Below, piece after piece: positions 61,487 through 64,000 of a stretch of DNA of 64,000 bases. The notes beneath the pieces are model-generated. The model made no database searches. It was not told the DNA's origin and was given only the letters and a program-made list of their open reading frames with translations. The DNA is taken from contig JBGAMO010000004.1 in the NCBI GenBank assembly GCA_044222845.1, positions 509 through 64,508 of the forward strand. The letters run 5' to 3'. The position numbers and the translations under genes were made by a program. The stretch is from Phycisphaerales bacterium (GTDB lineage Bacteria; Planctomycetota; Phycisphaerae; Phycisphaerales; UBA1924). Position 1 is the first letter of the stretch. Each line of letters begins with the position of its first letter.

Positions 61487-64000
61487 ATGTCCCAGCGTCG
61501 CGATCTGGATGTCTTTGGATCATTCCGAGGCTTGGGGGCGGTCGCCGCGCTCGCGTGGGCCACGTCGGTCGGGTGGGCGCAGCCTGTACCGGTGACCGAT
61601 CTGGGGACGTTGTCGTTGACGCAATCGGTAGTGGTGCCCCTGCAGATGGGGCCGAATCCGACGCCCCGGGTAAAGTGGTTCCGGTTCTGCGTAGGGGGGA
61701 CGACGTGCCTGCCGCGGTGGATGGATATCGAGACGACACCGGCGGTGGAAGGAGAGACGACGAACACGATCGTCGGGCTGTACAGCTCAACCGGGACACT
61801 GTTGGGCGTGGACGACAACGACGGGCCGGGGAACTACAGCGCGTTGAGTTTCGGGTCGGCGACACCGGCGCGGCCGGCGACGACGTCGATCGTGGGGCCG
61901 GGTCCTTCGACGGGCCTGCCGTTCGACGGACGGGATGGGGGCGCACCGGCCGGATGCTACTACCTGGCGGTGACGCTGGCGCCTGCGACCTTTCTGGGTA
62001 ACTTTGAAGTGAACTCGCTGACGGGCCCGCCCCAGGGGCGGGCGACGCTGCGCGTGCAGATCGGGCTCAACCCGCCTGCGAACACGACGTCGCCGGGGTG
62101 GGACGTGCTGCCCGGGACGCCGGGCCTGAGCGGGGAGGCGTACGCGTCGTGCGTGTACGACAGCGGGCTGGTGGTCGCCGGGGTGTTCACGCAGGCGGGC
62201 GGAGCCGGGGCGCACCGGATCGCGAAGTGGACCGGATCGGCGTGGGTGCCGCTGGGGAACAACATCACCTTCAACAACACAATCAACGCGCTGGCGGTGT
62301 ATCAGGAGCCGCTGAGCAGCACGCCTTCGCTGTTCGCGGCCGGGCAGTTCACGCAGTTCCAGGTGGGCACGAACACGCCGGTCGTGGTGAACCACATCGC
62401 GAGGTGGGACGGGACGGCGTGGACGGCGGTGGGAACCACCGGGATCAACGGGTACGTGCCGGCGCTGCACGTGTCGAGCATCGGCGGAACGCCGAGCCTG
62501 TACGCGGGCGGCACGTTCTCGATGGCGGGGACAACGGCGTGCTCCAACCTGGCGCGGTGGGACGGCACCAACTGGTCCGCGGTGGGCGGTGGGACGAACT
62601 TCGGGGTGTTCTCCTTCGCGGACTACAACGACGGCACGCCGGGCCTGTTCGTGGGCGGGATATTCACCTCCACGGGCTCGGGGCCGGCCTCGCGGATCGC
62701 GAAGTGGAACGGATCGGCGTGGAGCCAGCCGGGAGCGGGTCTCAACGGCAACGTGTGGGCGCTGACGACGCACTTTGACGGCGTGAACACTCGGCTGTAC
62801 GCCGGCGGCGCGTTCACGGCGTCCGGGGCGACGGCGCTGGATCGGGTGGCGCGATGGGACGGCTCGGCGTGGACGCCGGTCAACTCGCCCACCGGCCAGG
62901 GCGTCAACGGGCAGGTGTACGGGCTGGCCTCCTACGACTCGGGCGACGGCACGGGCCCGGGCCTGTTCGCGGGCGGGGACTTCACGATGGCGGCGAATCT
63001 GGCGGCGAACCGGCTGGCACGCTGGCAGTGCAACGCGTGGTCGGCGCTCGATGGCGGGGCCGACGCGCGGGTGTACAACCTGCGGCCGGTGAATATCTCC
63101 CCGGCGCTGCGCGGGCTGTTCACGGTGGGGAACTTCACGCACATCGACGGACTGACGGCCAACCGGGTCGCCAGGTGGGGCGGGGCGGACTGCAACGGGA
63201 ACGGGGTCCTGGATGGCGTGGACATCTCGTGCGGGCTGGAGCTTGACTGCAACCTCAACTGCATCCCGGACTCGTGCGACATCGCGAGCGGGTTCTCGAC
63301 GGACTGCAACAAGAACGGGGTTCCCGACGAGTGCGAGGTGTGCCCGCCGATGCAGGTGCACCTGGCCGAGGGCGGGCAGTGCAACGGGCCAATGGCGACG
63401 GCGGCGTGGACGCGGCGGGTGAGCCTGATCCGCTCGTGGTTCGAGCGCGACGGGGACCCGATCTTCGGCAAGGGCGACGTGGTGTTGTCGTGGAAGAACC
63501 GGGCTGTAGACTCTCCGGACGACTCGGGCCGGACGTGCGGGTCCGTGCTGGAGTCCCGCACCAACATCAGCTCTCAGGAAATGAAGATCACCCGGACACC
63601 GAAGAAATCTCAGAACTGCACGGGCAAGCACTCGTTCAACTGGAACGACGAGAAGGCCCCCGCCGTGTTCTACGACGACGGCCCGGACGCGGCGGACATC
63701 ATCGGCAACGCCGCGGGCGCGCAGGTGCGGCTGGACATGGACTTCCGGGAGTACGACTACAACTTCCTCAAGGGTCTCGCGGCGTTCGGGCTGGTGGTGC
63801 TGTCGCCCGCGGCGCTGGTGGTGGACTGCCTGCTGTGGACGCTGCCCAACTGGATCACGAATGTCGATAACTACTGCCAGGGCGGGTTCATCGAGGACTA
63901 CGTCGACCTGATCTTCGCGTGGCTGGACCAGGAGCGCTCGGACAACTGGAGCAAGACGATCGGGCGGATCGAGTGCGTCTCGTCGGCCGACCCGCTGAGC
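61487..64000 (+). CDS. large secreted protein, 3'-partial: N-terminal domain, beta-propeller-type (A/I)(R/K)W(D/N/T)G..W repeats, Cys-rich DCNxNGxPDxC segment and a further unknown domain
   Basis: Not in the ORF track because it is open at the window end. I read it myself from ATG 61487 (aaggag 8 nt upstream) with no stop to 64000. Signal peptide GLGAVAALAWATSVGWAQ. There are at least 7 repeats such as IAKWTGSAWVPLG, IARWDGTAWTAVG, LARWDGTNWSAVG and IAKWNGSAWSQPG. Then CNGNGVLDGVDISCG..DCNLNCIPDSCDIASGFSTDCNKNGVPDECEVC. Confidence 0.8.
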   Translation, partial: MSQRRDLDVFGSFRGLGAVAALAWATSVGWAQPVPVTDLGTLSLTQSVVVPLQMGPNPTPRVKWFRFCVGGTTCLPRWMDIETTPAVEGETTNTIVGLYSSTGTLLGVDDNDGPGNYSALSFGSATPARPATTSIVGPGPSTGLPFDGRDGGAPAGCYYLAVTLAPATFLGNFEVNSLTGPPQGRATLRVQIGLNPPANTTSPGWDVLPGTPGLSGEAYASCVYDSGLVVAGVFTQAGGAGAHRIAKWTGSAWVPLGNNITFNNTINALAVYQEPLSSTPSLFAAGQFTQFQVGTNTPVVVNHIARWDGTAWTAVGTTGINGYVPALHVSSIGGTPSLYAGGTFSMAGTTACSNLARWDGTNWSAVGGGTNFGVFSFADYNDGTPGLFVGGIFTSTGSGPASRIAKWNGSAWSQPGAGLNGNVWALTTHFDGVNTRLYAGGAFTASGATALDRVARWDGSAWTPVNSPTGQGVNGQVYGLASYDSGDGTGPGLFAGGDFTMAANLAANRLARWQCNAWSALDGGADARVYNLRPVNISPALRGLFTVGNFTHIDGLTANRVARWGGADCNGNGVLDGVDISCGLELDCNLNCIPDSCDIASGFSTDCNKNGVPDECEVCPPMQVHLAEGGQCNGPMATAAWTRRVSLIRSWFERDGDPIFGKGDVVLSWKNRAVDSPDDSGRTCGSVLESRTNISSQEMKITRTPKKSQNCTGKHSFNWNDEKAPAVFYDDGPDAADIIGNAAGAQVRLDMDFREYDYNFLKGLAAFGLVVLSPAALVVDCLLWTLPNWITNVDNYCQGGFIEDYVDLIFAWLDQERSDNWSKTIGRIECVSSADPLS

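Overview
High-GC bacterial chromosomal segment. The gene content (PEP-CTERM-like and 'GC-type dockerin'-like C-terminal anchors, prepilin-type pseudopilins, HAF/FG-GAP/Kelch surface proteins, a giant Ser/Thr kinase) suggests a Planctomycetota/Phycisphaerae-like organism. That taxonomic placement is inference only. I can support about 55 protein genes.

Housekeeping genes:
- modBC, smpB, pilT plus a GspF/PilC-type platform gene, and a three-gene pseudopilin operon.
- murC, murB, ddl and an FtsQ-like gene.
- mutY, rsmD and phoH.
- An MCE/MlaD protein, a POT transporter, an FtsX-type ABC permease, three GT2 glycosyltransferases and a UbiA-family prenyltransferase.

Interspersed with these are visibly AT-richer accessory patches.

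Main observations:
- **Cassette array (26.2-33.3 kb).** On the minus strand, five copies of a high-GC module (about 220-530 bp) carry decayed RHS-core-end coding sequence. They alternate with low-GC small membrane or lipoprotein genes. Three of those genes are paralogous 'TM - G[FW]P[FI]R - TM - CxxCGY..CPECG zinc-ribbon' proteins. The array is bracketed and punctuated by IS5-family 5'-end fragments, and no parent rhs gene is in the window. It reads as an orphan polymorphic-toxin/immunity-like cassette array of an undescribed type.
- **Second zinc-ribbon family (44.6-47.4 kb).** Three tandem genes carry the same ribbon at the N-terminus. They sit directly after the FtsQ-like gene.
- **Other accessory items.**
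  - An overlapping wHTH plus nucleotidyltransferase-fold gene pair that resembles a toxin-antitoxin or Abi module.
  - An HNH protein between IS copies.
  - A Schlafen/AlbA_2-type gene wedged between murB and ddl, followed by a 4 x 10-bp tandem array.
  - A dinD pseudogene with two in-frame stop codons.
  - Phased GGCATCR heptamer tracts in three intergenic regions.
  - A 25-nt palindrome shared by two loci.

No rRNA, tRNA or CRISPR array was found. Many long ORFs in the track are GC-rich shadow frames and were rejected.
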